Assembly (NCBI GenBank): GCA_951406725.2 | Contig: OX597817.1 | Location: 26,164,001-26,228,000 of the forward strand | DNA: 64,000 nt | Reading direction: 5' to 3' | DNA from: Octopus vulgaris | Lineage: Eukaryota | Part shown: in pieces, positions 1-12,699 of the stretch | Layout of the letters: each line of letters begins with the position of its first letter | Numbering within the stretch: position 1 is the stretch's first letter | Position numbers and translations under genes: made by a program | Notes under the pieces: generated by a model | Told to the model about the DNA's origin: nothing | Databases searched by the model: none | What the model saw: the letters and a program-made list of their open reading frames with translations, nothing else

Positions 1-97
1 AGTCAGCTCAATCAGTATTGGCCTTGGATTAATCACATATATCTGATTTACAGATGGATATAATTTTGCTGAATTCAATTATTTACTCAAGTGTTTG

Positions 98-100
<3 letters not shown>

Positions 101-148
<48 letters not shown>
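101..148. repeat. (TA)n microsatellite
   Basis: Pure TA run; dozens of similar runs occur across the window. Confidence 0.95.
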
Positions 149-151
<3 letters not shown>

Positions 152-533
152 TCTGTATGGAAAGAAATTGTTCTTTCCTATGGATATATTATCCAAGCAT
201 ACACTAGTTTAGCACTATATCAAGGGAAATAATAGCCAAGCAAATCTTATAGCACTGGGAACAAAAGATGTAAAATTTGTGTCAAGGAAATTTACCAGAT
301 CCTTACATCAAAATGCAAATTAATCAACAAGAGAGAAAGAGGAACTGTTGTGTTCAAAAAGTTAAATATACATTCAATAAATTTAAATAGATATGATTAG
401 ATAAGCACTGTGTAAATAATATATAATAATAGCTAAGAATAGTTGATAAAGTTAAATATACTTTCAATAAAGTTTAAAAGATTTGGTTAAAATAAACACT
501 GTGTATATAATACCTATGAATCATGCCCCTATA

Positions 534-719
534 TCATCATCATCATCATCATCATCGTTTAACGTCCGTTCTCCATGCTAGCATGGGTTGGACGGTTCGA
601 CCGGGGATCTGAGAAGCCAGAAGGCTGCACCAGGCTCCAGTCTTATCTGGCAATGTTTCTACAGCTGGATGCCCTTCCTAACGCCAACCAATCCGTGAGT
701 GTTGTGGGTGCTTTTTACG
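534..719 (-). mobile_element. SINE-like family A, 5'-truncated, (GAT)n tail, with TSD
   Basis: (CAT)n-cgtttaacgtccg...ggatgcccttcctaacgccaacc; flanked by direct repeat tgcccctata at 524-533 and 720-729; more than 15 related copies in the window. Confidence 0.85.
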
Positions 720-1816
720 TGCCCCTATACTATAAATTAAATACTCTCAACTAATATAGAGTATATAAAACTATCAACTAATATAGATTATATTTAATAG
801 TAACTAATATAACTTGTATGAAATATAAGTAAATAATTGTGTTGATATAAAATAAATAAATGAAAATAACAATTGGGTATGTAACTAAATTTGTCTTATC
901 AATAATTAGAGCATAGAGGAATATGTTATAGACATTCTGATTAGTATGAATAGTAAGGGCAAGTTTGTAAGCTTAAGCATTTAATAAATTTGGCCAAAAG
1001 TGTGGAATAAGGATGAAGAGGAATGCATTATGGACATACTGAATAGGTTGAAAGATAGTGGCTAACTTGTAAATGGTTAATTAGCACTACCAAAAGAGTG
1101 AATAGTAACATGACCTACTTCTTCTGAACTGTGCATATCTGTGGTCCAGTAAGGTCAAAATCAACCTTTACCTATTTTTAGAAAAGAATCCCAGACACAC
1201 ATACTACAATTCAATAGGAATAAACTCTCCATCCATTAGGATGGGAAAAATATCAGTCAATCTATTCCGAGGAAGTTTTTTTGCATTTCTTCAATTTTTT
1301 AAGGTACTTTAAATGTGTAAATATGGATAAGAGCAATCAAACAAAATGCAGCATAGGCAATAGGAATGAACTCATTAATTCGAATGAACTCTGACAATGA
1401 ATTGGTCATTCTCTGTATGTATTCTCCATTTTCTTTTTATTGTTAAATATATATATATATATATATATATATGGAGAGAGAGAGAGATACATAGATAGAT
1501 ACAAAGACAGATATAAAGACATATATATACTAATGTACATATAGACATATATATATATACACACACACAAATATATATATACAGTACATATATATGTATA
1601 TATATATACATAAATATATATATACACAAATATTTATATATACAAATATATGTATCTATTTATGTGTGTGTGTGTATATATATACACACAAGTGCAAACA
1701 AGAGAGACAGAGAAAGGCAGAAACAAGAAAAATGCCCCTTATATTTTAACACTATACAAATATTCCTTTAAAAAACTTTTCTTTTAATTTTTCTAAATTT
1801 AATTATTTAATCGTTA

Positions 1817-1854
1817 CAGTTGAAAAGGTCTCAAAATGATCGAAACCGGTACTG
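1817..1854 (+). ncRNA. Degenerate minimal type I hammerhead-like motif
   Basis: cag-TTGAAAA-ggtc(tcaaaat)gatc-GAAA-CCGG-TA-ctg; palindromic ACCGGT stem III; two changes from the CUGANGA core. Confidence 0.45.
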
Positions 1855-1902
1855 AAATGTTCTTTATAAAATTATTTTAGCATTTTCTATCTTGACTTGT
1901 TT

Positions 1903-1939
<37 letters not shown>

Positions 1940-2031
1940 CAAATATATATTTTCATTTAGAGATAGTAGGCCCCTTCATCTCACCATATAAAAAAGAATT
2001 TTTATTTTAAATACCTACTACTTTATAACTT

Positions 2032-2127
2032 GGCTACACGTGTTTCATGAGGTACATTTCCCGGTTCCTAAACCACTCCATATTTTACTGGAACTATTCT
2101 TAAAATATAACCCCAATCATCAGAACC
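2032..2127 (-). ncRNA. Hammerhead-like motif with long stem II insertion
   Basis: Minus strand: ggtt-CTGATGA-ttggggt...acctcat-GAAA-C-ACGT-G-TA-gcc. Confidence 0.55.
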
Positions 2128-2327
2128 CTATATTTCTTCATTGAGAATAATTGGAACCCCTGTTATGCCAGAATTTTTATTCCCTAACAAATAAAATTAT
2201 ATATAAATATATATCATCATCATCGTTTAACGTCCGTTTTCCATGCTAACATGATATACATATATATTATATATATATATATATATATATTGTTGTGCAA
2301 GATATTTTATGTGAAATCGTGTGTTGA

Positions 2328-2603
2328 AACAGACATTGTTGTATTTCGGAATGGTCATTTTGCCAGTTTAGCCAATAAATACAAAATGGCTGACGGTTAG
2401 TAAGGAGAGACAAACAAATAAGAAAGAAGAAAACAAAGGACCACTGATGCGGTCACAGGAGTGTGACAAAAGAACTCTGGCCGAAATAAGATTAAGATTA
2501 ATGTAAAAAATAAATAACACTGAAGCAAAGTAACACCAAATATATAGTGCATGTGTTTTTATTGGCTAAACTGGCAAAATGACCATTCCAAAATACAACA
2601 ATA
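2328..2603. repeat. ~55-bp inverted repeat pair enclosing a partial HHR-like core
   Basis: attgttgtatttcggaatggtcattttgccagtttagccaataaa (2326-2380) is inverted at 2557-2603; CTGATGC-ggtca...tggcc-GAAA at 2444-2486 lies between the arms. Confidence 0.7.
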
Positions 2604-4826
2604 TATATATATGGTAAGTTTCCAAATTAGGTTCGTAGTGGACAATAAAATCCTCTTACCTCTGCTAGGTCAGCAAAAATAATGTTGGTTAGTTTGATAC
2701 CATGATTTCAAATTTAGTGCCAAACAATGCCTGATTCTTGTCAGCCAAACCTGCCAGTCAACAAAATTTTGCCCCTACCATGCTTGCAAATTCGTTTGAA
2801 GTGGCAAAACACCACTTATGCAAACCAAATACGTGAAATTATTTATAAGTAAACATGAGAGGGATAGTACTCTCAAAATACCACCACTATTCGCAGCAAA
2901 AGGCAAAATTAATAATATATATATATGTATATAAGATATATACATATATATATATATTGGTTGGAAGTAAGGGGAGTATGTTGAATAAGATTATAATGAT
3001 CCTCCTGTATTTTCTTTTACCCAAGGCCAGGCCCTTTTCAACACCTACTCTGTGTGTGTGTGTGTTTGTCTGGAAACATATATTTATATATTTGGCTGAT
3101 GGCTTAAGTAGAGAATTCTAGAATCTAGAATAACGCTATAACTGTTTTTAAATCCTTGTACATTTTGTTATCTTTTCATTTTCAAAATGGCTGTAGAAAT
3201 AAAACAAAAGTTGATCCTTTCACTGTAATTCAGAAAATAGATGTCATTTCTTTTTTATGGGAAGATGTATAAGTAAAATCTCTTTTAAGAAATTTTAAAA
3301 GCAAAATTGAGTTGGGAAAATCTAAAAAGAGAATATTAAGCTATTAAATATAAAATTCTGATTTGTTCTCTACTTGGGGAATAACTACAATTTTTTTTCT
3401 CTTTCTCTAAACTGTTCAAATTCTAAGATAACATACAAATCTAAAGATTAATCTTCATCCATTGAGATATGTTGCTTTCAACAAGTCACTAGATATTTTA
3501 GATGAACAGAAAGCTGAAAAACAGAATTATTTTACACATAGTAGCATCCTTATAATGATTATAAGAGATATTCAAAGTCTAGAGAAATCTAAAATAAAGC
3601 GTTATCCCACAGGTGGTTACAGACTGTTTGCCATTTGTCACTAGAGCACAAGAAAAGACTAGTATGCCAAACATCAATCAGAAATATATGGACATAACAT
3701 CAAAGACACTATAGTATCAACCTTTAGGTTTATGCGTTTGATATTTCTATTTTTATGTACTGACCTTTAGATATTTTTGTTTATTTGTCTATATTTCAGG
3801 AGATTAAGTAACCTAAAGTAAGTCATCAAGCTCAAATCCCACTCACCAAGCTAATAAAATTCTGTATTGCGTTCATATGTACCAAATGTAAGTATATATG
3901 TTAAGAAGAAAATGTGGACTTAAACAACTAAGATACCAAAGACGATAAATCCTCAAACAGAAAAAATTGTACTATTAAAGTGGGGGAAGACAAACCAAAA
4001 TATATAGACTCAGGTACATGTATCCCACATGTTGCAGAAATGTTGCCTGCCTGTAAATTTTTCTATAACATGAAATCCCATAATGTGAAACCTATTTTCT
4101 GTTGGTTTCCATGTAACATGCAAGTCAATGAATATAGAATCCGATAGGAAATTCATTTCATGTTATAGAATTATATATAGAATTATATGTTATAACAGGT
4201 TTTTCTGGAATGCAACATGTCTGTTATGTGAGGGATTCTTGTATATATATTGAAATTATCAAAATAAATCATTTTGAATAGATATACAGATATTTTGTTG
4301 GGATTGGTGTTTCAGTCAAAGGATGGGGGAGAGTTTGCAAGAACATTATCATCTATTTTGTAAAGGTCACTTCAAAAGCAACTGACATCAATCAATGCTG
4401 TAAAAAATAGTATAAATTAATTAAAGACCCAAATCTTGATCAAGATATTATGAATATATTAACACATTATTGCAGTATAAAAGAAGTCAGTGCACCGAAG
4501 CATTTTTATGTTTCAAAGCATATATAACTTTCATGTGTGTTGATGTCTTGGGGAATGTAATTGATATATTCTTAGTTACATAGATTTTGAACAAACTACA
4601 GTATTGGATGTTTTATAATACTTCTTAGAAGTGAATGTAATTCCATGGGGAAAAAAGCAGTTGGGTCTCATAGTCAAACATAAAATAATTTTCTCTCTTA
4701 TGAGGGTAAACTAATCTGTATACTTGAACAGTTAAACATAGTTAAAACTGGTAATATCCATTTTCCATGCAGCTAAGTTAGGATAATTATACCACGATCC
4801 ATACGATTAGTTAAAATTTCTGAAAA

Positions 4827-5028
4827 ATCCCATTGCACACTATTATGACCAAAGCTTTGGACTGAGTGGAAATTGATTGATAGAAATTACGTTGACGACC
4901 ATCACAGTACAGACTGTTGTGAAAACACAATAGCAAAAATACAGGAAAAGCCAAACAAATAAATAAATAAATAAAAATGATGATAATAATAATAATAATA
5001 AATAATAATAATAATAATGATAATAATG

Positions 5029-5071
<43 letters not shown>

Positions 5072-5125
5072 GAAGAAGAAGAAGAAGAAGGAGAAGGCAA
5101 CCTGCACTACACAAGCAACACACTA
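4827..5125 (+). repeat. Left arm of inverted duplication, containing (AAT)n(AAG)n
   Basis: Reverse complement of 6190-6439; the ORF track gives near-identical peptides on opposite strands. Confidence 0.95.
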
Positions 5126-5224
5126 TGAAAGCATTTTTTACTCAGCTCTATAAAAGAGGAGTCCACCATTTAACAAAACGCAAGAGGGATGAGTTAGAAA
5201 AAATCCATTTTACTTAAAATATAG

Positions 5225-5620
5225 ACAAGAACTAGAAACTCGTTCTTCATAAGGTTGACTGATTCTTTGTGCTTTAGCAAGGATATCTTGCTTTATGTTT
5301 TCTTTCATTTCAGGTACATCTTGTTTTATTACTTTATATTTATATTGTATTTGTCTTTCATTTTTTGTTGTTAAATAGTGTTGTTTGGTTACTCATTTCA
5401 TTAAGAATTGACAGATCCTTCCTTTATTTTTAAAACTTTTTCTGGATATTAGTTTCCCACAGAAGCTGCTGCATATATTATGTTATTTAGCTGTGTCAAA
5501 TAAACATTTGCTTCTGTCAAGATTGTGTCTGTGCTGGCCAAATTTATGTTTTTAATTGCTATATTATGAAGTCTACGTTTTGGGAGGTACACTCAGTGGT
5601 CCATACTAAATTCTGTTGCT
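5225..5620 (-). pseudogene. Decayed R4/Dong-clade non-LTR retrotransposon ORF fragment (pre-RT region)
   Basis: Minus-strand peptides YLTQLNNIIYAAASV and MKENIKQDILAKAQRISQPYEER resemble R4/Dong N-terminal motifs (recall); stops and frameshifts present. Confidence 0.55.
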
Positions 5621-6189
5621 TTTAATTCTTTGATTATTTTCAGTTTTATAATATCATAATCATGGTTCCCAATTTCCTTATTATTATTATAATATCTCTG
5701 CTCAGTCACTATAAACATACCCCACTTCTCTACCCAAAGTGTTAATATCCGTTTTCTATAGCTCTTTCTTTCAGGTTCATTTTCTTAGTACCACTGTATC
5801 ACTAACCTGTTTCCTTCACTACTCTACTTCCTCCTCCTTGCTCTATTATCTGGTGATGTTGTATTAGGATGACAACTTTACTGATCCACTACTGAGTGAG
5901 AAGCCTTTCCTTAAATGTCCAGCTTCATTTTCGCTGTTACAACCAGAGTTTTTAGAAACTCCTGTCTCCCATAAACTGAGGTAAGGTAACGTTGTCACCA
6001 TCATCTTCACCACTATTATTTCTCAACATCTGAAACTTTCAAGCAACTTTCTATTGCATCATTTGTTGCACCTTTGTGCTGGTGGGGTGGTGTGAGTGAT
6101 ATTTTTTTGATGGGGATAGAGATATTGTATTGTTTCAGTACGTTTTGTTATGGAGTTTTGTTTGAGTCTGCAGTTGTATTAGTTCTTAT

Positions 6190-6238
6190 ATTGTGTGTTG
6201 CTTGTGTAGTGCAGGTTGCCTTCTTCTTCTTCTTCTTC

Positions 6239-6269
<31 letters not shown>

Positions 6270-6439
6270 TATTATTATTATCATCATTTTTATTTATTTA
6301 GTTTTTTGTTTGGTTTTTCTTGTATTTTTGCTATTGTGTGTTTTCACAACAGTCTGTACTGTGATGGGCGTCAATGTAATTTCTATCAATCAATTTCCAC
6401 TCAGTCCGAAGCATTGGTCATGATAGTGTGCAATGGGAT
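6190..6439 (-). repeat. Right arm of inverted duplication
   Basis: Reverse complement of 4827-5125. Confidence 0.95.
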
Positions 6440-6795
6440 CAAACAAGATACTACATACCTGTGAAGAGGACTTCTCAGTCTCAAAGTCATGTCTGCAACT
6501 GTATATACAAATCAATAGTGGGCTGCATCTGCACACATGCTCACACTCATTTTGCTGCAACTTGCATTCAATTACATGCATGCATGCAAATAAGCACAGA
6601 CAAATACACATGACACATAAAAAAAAACAAACGATTTGTATATAGAAAAAAACATTGATATACAAAATATACATAAAATATATGATGTGAAGTATATAAA
6701 AATTTATATAATGAGCAAGCTATAAAAATATACAATATATAAAAATTAGTGAGAAAAAGGCAGATATACAGTAAATATATAATTACACATTTATT

Positions 6796-6988
6796 GGATG
6801 GCCGTTGACTCTCAAGAGTTCCTCTGCCCTTTGATGGGTTTTGTTTTTCATCCCACAGGGTGTCCAATAAACACCTTCCTCACCAAGCAAGCTTGGTGGG
6901 GTCGCTGGCTTAGTCGCCAGCGGCCCGACCATGCAACAGGTTGTACTGGGTTACATGTTACCAGTAGCACTCGAAAGTGACCTGAAAT
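6796..6988 (+). mobile_element. Structured repeat, probable 5' end of an RTE-like LINE (family F)
   Basis: Homologous to 25726-25900; hairpins caccaagc-aa-gcttggtg and ggtggggtcgctgg/ccagcggcccgacc; gggttacatgttaccagtagca motif. Confidence 0.5.
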
Positions 6989-9725
6989 ACACGTGACACA
7001 TACACACATATATACACACAAACATACATACAGATACACATATGCACATACATATACACACATGTACTTGCTTACATTTACTATTTCTCTCTCATACACT
7101 TTCCACTGTTCAAGAATTCTTTGCTAAACATTTGGCCACTCATTTTTACTAACACAAATACAATTCACTAAGTCCTATGGATGCATGCAAGTGCTAAAAA
7201 TTACATATGCACAAATCAGTAGAGGGCAACACATACATGCACATACATGCAATGATACTGCCACTCACAGAGACATACGCATGTACATGCATCCATATAT
7301 AAATATACACACATAGTAAACATAAACACGCACAATCCTCTGTCTCTCTCTCTCTCAGGCAAACTAGTATTCTCACTCCCTTTTTCAATCACTTAAGCAC
7401 TCTAACTCTCTCTGTCTTCCCCTCTCTCTCTTCCTATCTCTGTTTCTCTCTAACTTTTACACATATACACAACCATACACACACATACACAAACACACAT
7501 CTACACATGCTATCACTTCTAAATGCTCTTTTCATCCCTCCTCTCTCTCTCACACACACACATGTGTGCACACACATGCACACAGACACAATCAGCTCAC
7601 ACACTTCTGCATTGATTCAATTATTCCTTTATGTAAGTGAATTTATTGAGGAGCAGTCATATGTGTACATATGTTAGAGGAAGGGAGAAAAACATTTCAA
7701 ATAGTAAGACAGTTAGGGAAGAGATGTGATGCGGGATGATACGAAGAAGAAAAACATTGGAAGAAAGAAAACAGAAATGAAATAAGTCAATTTAAGTGAA
7801 AGAGAACAAGAAGAAAACCATACCAAAGACATCAACCAATGGAAGATAAGACTAATATAGAAATGTAAAAAAAGAAATTTAAAGAATAGAAATAAAAAAT
7901 TAGCAGATAAATGGAAAAGTGAAGTAAAGGAGGATAAAAATTTAACGAAAAGCAAGAAGTTTAATAATAATGGACTGGGGATGATCAGTCAGAAAATTAA
8001 AAAAAGAGAAAGAAAAAAGAATAGAAATTATTGAAGGGGTAAGAATAGACTGTAAATGGTTGAAAAATGATGGACAAGAATAAAGTGGATAAATAAAAAT
8101 AGAAGAATTGAGAGGTTGAGAAAATGGTGATGAGAAAAGAAAAGAAGGGGAGAATGTGGAGGAGATGTGATGACAAACAAGGTAGGTAGACACAAAAAAT
8201 ATATCGTAAAGATAAAGCAAGCGATGATAACAACAAAAGTTGTTTTTTTTTAAAAATCCACATTGAAACTTGAAATAAAATTTAAAATGAAAATAAAATT
8301 TAAATACAAGAGTCTTGAAGAAGGAGTAAGTAAAAAGTGAATAGTGTACACAGCCATTGTTCGATTTTTATGTATGGTAGGGTCTCACATGTGTAATAGA
8401 CTTAGTTGAAACATTTCTATTAACTGGGATTATTCATGCAGTCATTCTACAGACATAAGCTTTCTCTAGGAGTGTTTCATATCTATAAAACAAAATTGAA
8501 TATGGGAGATAACTCCAATAAAATCAGTTAATTGAAATTTTTGGAAAATAAAGTTGATGCAGTAGGAGTGGAGCTTGTTTTCAAAATCAATTGGTGAAAA
8601 TAACAAGTATGTTTTGATCTTATTGTTGATTTTAAATGAGCAAGTATAAGTAATATATATGTGTATATATATGTGTGTGTTTGTGTGTGTGTGTGTATGT
8701 ATGGCTGCAGCTCTGAGCTGAAACTAGAGAGAATATATATATATAATATACATACATATATATGTGTATACATATATACAGAGAGAGAGTCAGTGAGACA
8801 TGATGATGATGATAATGATGTAAATGTACTTTATACATACAGTGGTCTTCAAAAAATTACTGAATCTTAGCAGCACTGATGAGATTAACTTATCTACATT
8901 TGCTTAGCCTAAAGTCAATCTTGGTTGAGGAGATCTTAGATCAAAAGTGTTAAAGCCATGACCATTCATCTATTTTGTATATCAAGAACTACACTCTAAT
9001 GCATCATATTATCCAATATATCTTGGTGCTTTTTTAAGATGCTGGGTAAGTGGTGATACAGATTTGGCTACTATTTCTAATAGATCCAACAGCCATGTAG
9101 AGGCTGTCTTATTTACTTGTTAATGCAACAGTTACGCATTTCAAGGATGTTGCTGAAGATAAAAACAGGAGAGGTAATTACATTAAATCATGCCAAAGTA
9201 GAACATTTAAATAACATTTCTTAATATAATTATTATTCTCTATGAACTTTCAGAAAAATGCAAAAATAGCCTATTTCTTTAACTTTTTAAATTCTTTCAT
9301 TCATAGTATTTTTATCTTTAAAAAAAATGCAAAATGAATTTTTTCTAATTTACTCTCCTTTTTTTCTGTCTTCTTTTCATGATTTTAAATGTTAAATGTA
9401 TAGAAACCAAATCTTTAATCTTCATCAGTATGTTTTGGACTAAAATATGAAAATAAATAATGCATATATTTTGAAAAACAGTCCTACAGTATGGCCAAAA
9501 CAAACTAAAGTACACAGGAGTAAAATGAAAGTAAATAAAAGAATAAATATTTATTATTGTAATTCTTCTTATTTACTACATAAATGAATTAATGAATAAT
9601 AAACATGATAATAAATTTAGTTCTATTTTCATTTCAGGTACATCTACCTGTACACAATATGTTCCTGTTGAATCACAACACATCCTCCTAATAATCCCTT
9701 CCTCTACATTTCTTTTTTCCTTTTT

Positions 9726-10124
9726 CTTTTACTTGTTTCAGTCATTTGACTGCGGCCATGCTGGAGCACTGCCTTTAATCGAGCAAATCGACCCCGGGAC
9801 TTATTCTTTTGTAAGCCTAGTACTTATTCTATCGGTCTCTTTTGCCGAACTACTAAGTAACGGGTACATAAACACACCAGCATCGGTTGTCAAGCAATGC
9901 TAGGGGGACAAACACAGACACACAAACACACACATGCATATATATACATATACATATATACGATGGGCTTCTTTCAGTTTCCGTCTACCAAATCCACTCA
10001 CAAGGCTTTGGTCGGCCCAAGGCTATAGTTGAAAACATTTGCTCAAGGTGCCACGCAGTGGGACTGAACCCGGAACCTTGTGGTTGGTAAACAAGCTACT
10101 TACCACACAGCCACACCTGCACCT
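9726..10124 (-). mobile_element. tRNA-derived SINE family B (CORE-like), internal (TA)/(CA) microsatellite
   Basis: Head tggctgtgtggtaag (A box) and ggttccgggttcagtccc (B box); CORE-like accttg(g/a)gcaa; tail aaacaagtaaaaga; at least 6 near-full copies in the window. Confidence 0.9.
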
Positions 10125-10594
10125 ATATACATGTTCATACTCACTAAATTACTCCCCATCTTTCAGTCTCCTTCTGTAATCTCACAACCTCACTCCTCCC
10201 ACTCAGCCTCTCTAATTCCTGGTCCACTTCACTATAGACACCACCACCTTGGGATTTCGGTGGATGCTCCATCATATTTTCATCTTCTTATCTTTCTCTC
10301 TCTCTCTCTTTCCACTCTCCCTCAACCTAATGTAGCTTTGTTTCTCTCTACTGCAAGACACCTATTTATGTCCCTCAATATTATTTCCCAATCAGATGAG
10401 GAATCTTGAGTTGGAATTTACTTGGTGACATCACCACAGCTGATGCCATGTAAAAAGCACCCTTTACACCTTTTAAAGCAGTTGAGATTAGGAAAGGTAT
10501 CTAGCCAAAGAAGCAATGCCAAAGCAGACAGTCAAGTTTGGTGCAGTCTTCTGACTTCCTAGCTCCTGTCTAACCACCCAACTCATATAGGATG

Positions 10595-10908
10595 TTTTTT
10601 TTTTGTTTGTTCCTTCTCAAGCTACACCTGGCTCATAGGGCTGGTTTCCTGGTTTCCTTGGTGTATAGGTTCCCCACCTGGATGGGTCGCCAGTCCATCG
10701 CAGGTGAACTGCAAGATACAGGAGGAAAGAGTGAGAGAAAGTTGTGATGAAAGAGTCAGCAGAAGTTCACTATTACCTTCTGCCGGAGCCGCATGGAACT
10801 TAGGTGTTTCATTTATAAACACACACATCGGCCGATCTGAGATTCGAACCCACAATCTTTCGACCGCGAGTATGCTGCTCTAACCACTAGGCCATGTGCC
10901 TCCACGAT
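10595..10908 (-). mobile_element. tRNA-derived SINE family D (tail type 1), nested in a decayed family A copy
   Basis: Head gtggaggcacatggcctagtggttagagcagc...ggttcgaatctc; ~12-bp TSD tcatataggatg / tcatgtaggatg at 10583-10594 and 10909-10920. Confidence 0.85.
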
Positions 10909-11706
10909 TCATGTAGGATGGAAAACAGCTGTTAATTGATGATGCTGAATCTCTAATTAAGGTACACTACTATAAATTTATTGGGAAGGTTATAGTTGAC
11001 ACAATTCACCTCAATTAATTTGTACTTAGTTCTTATTTTATCTAACACAGAAAGATGAAACTGACCAGGGTAGAATTTGAACCAAAAATATAGAAGATTG
11101 TTACAAAACTCTGTCATACATATACTAGCATTCTACCTATATTTCAATCCAGTATCTTAAGACATTCCTAATAATAATAATTCCTTCCTTTGGCACATGG
11201 CCACATGTTTTTGGAATGAATACAGTTGATTAAATTAACCTCAGAATCAGGTTAGAACTTATTTTCTCACAAGAAGGATGAAAAGCAAAGTCAATCCTGG
11301 TAGAATTTGAATTTAAATTGTAAATCGACATAACAAAATACCACAAGGTATACATCTTGTGTTCTACTGATTCTGCCAGAACTGCTATGTTAATACCAAA
11401 AATAATTAACTTTTTGAGGTTTAGGAAGTATTATTAACCATATATATTTTTGCTTCTATTCCCTGGTGAAGATTTTAATCAATATATTCTCTGATACTCT
11501 TTGGTTGTTCTACTTCTACAAATATATTTCTGTGAACACACGCATGCATGCACACGCTAATTCACTCACACAACCCATCTCACTTATATATATGCATGTG
11601 TGTATGTGTGTGTGTGTATGTACTACCATCTGTTGAGCTACAGAATTAGTTGAGAATGTTTTGATACAGCCTTGTATACACACACACATGCACAGATATA
11701 TATATA

Positions 11707-11718
11707 TATGTATGTATG

Positions 11719-11752
<34 letters not shown>

Positions 11753-11786
11753 TGTATGTATGTATGTATGTATGTATGTATGTATG
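11707..11786. repeat. (TATG)n microsatellite
   Basis: Direct tandem repeat. Confidence 0.95.
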
Positions 11787-11809
11787 CGTGTGTGTGTTGT
11801 CAAGCTTGA

Positions 11810-11975
11810 CTGCTAAGTCCACAAAATTTTTTATTCTCTCTGTCTATTTTCTCATATTCCTTTCTGTTGAAGTGCATAGGCTCAAAATGTAAAAGACTTT
11901 CTTACTTTCCTGAGCACCAAGCACTTGTTGTTTATACACCTGTCTTTGTCTTTTGTTTTTCTGTAAATTTCAACT
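11810..11975 (+). mobile_element. Short Penelope-terminus-like repeat P1 with HHR-like core at 11859-11896
   Basis: ccttt-CTGTTGA-a-gtgc-atag-gctc-AAAA-tg-ta-aaaga; homologous to 32900-33075 and 52420-52597. Confidence 0.6.
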
Positions 11976-11993
11976 ATATATATACATACATAA

Positions 11994-12041
<48 letters not shown>

Positions 12042-12045
12042 GCAT

Positions 12046-12445
12046 ATAATTTCAAATTAATAATAAAAGGTTAAAATTAATTAATTAAATTAATTGATTA
12101 ATCAATCAATTAATTAATAATTTTACCAAGTAGCTCGATATGTTAAAATAAACTTTATAGGTAAAATTATACAAATATGCTATAATTATAAACATAATTA
12201 TAATTAGGGTTCAACTAATTGCTTCACCGCATACCAAATTTAGAAATAGGAGTTAAAAATTCCTTTTCTATTACTGTAAAAATCTGCATGACAGTACCTT
12301 ACTTTTTTACGAAGGCAAAGAGAAAAACAATGAATGAATATGAATCTGATTAGCCACAGACGCATTTTGAGATTAAAGTGTTTTTAATTACTTACTTCTC
12401 TCTTCAGTGTAATATTTCAGATTATAAAATTTGAAAGTGATAGGG
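12046..12445 (-). mobile_element. Penelope-terminus-like repeat P2 with HHR core at 12354-12412
   Basis: Minus strand: ttaca-CTGAAGA-gaga...tctc-AAAA-tgcg-TC-tgtgg; partial direct copy at 12598-12697, inverted copy at 13322-13590, distant relative at ~18340-18510. Confidence 0.65.
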
Positions 12446-12699
12446 TTAAATATGCACATGATTGAGCAACATCATGCAACAGATAACCAACCAACACTTC
12501 CAAAATTTACACAGCTGAATGTGAATACACTATTTATCCCTTGTACCCACATGTATGTTATGAGCAGTACCACAGAAAACTTGATAACTGGAGTAAATTA
12601 TAATTTCAAATTAATAATAAAAGGTAAAATTAATTAATTAACCAATCAATTAATTAATAATTTTACCAAGTAGCTCAGTACGTTAAAATAACATTATGC

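Noticed and set aside
960-1300. Possible decayed Penelope RT/GIY-YIG coding relic
   Set aside because: Similarity is impressionistic and the frame is broken by many stops
3800-3890. Plus-strand micro-exon (atttcAG...GTAAGT)
   Set aside because: Such signals are frequent by chance in AT-rich DNA; no supporting coding signal
7690-8220. Hydrophobic Phe/Leu/Ser-rich minus-strand ORFs resembling membrane proteins
   Set aside because: Artefact of a purine-skewed low-complexity tract
9887-10090. Recurrent peptide YDGLLSVSVYQIHSQGFG..AIVEDTC suggesting a gene family
   Set aside because: Antisense translation of SINE B copies
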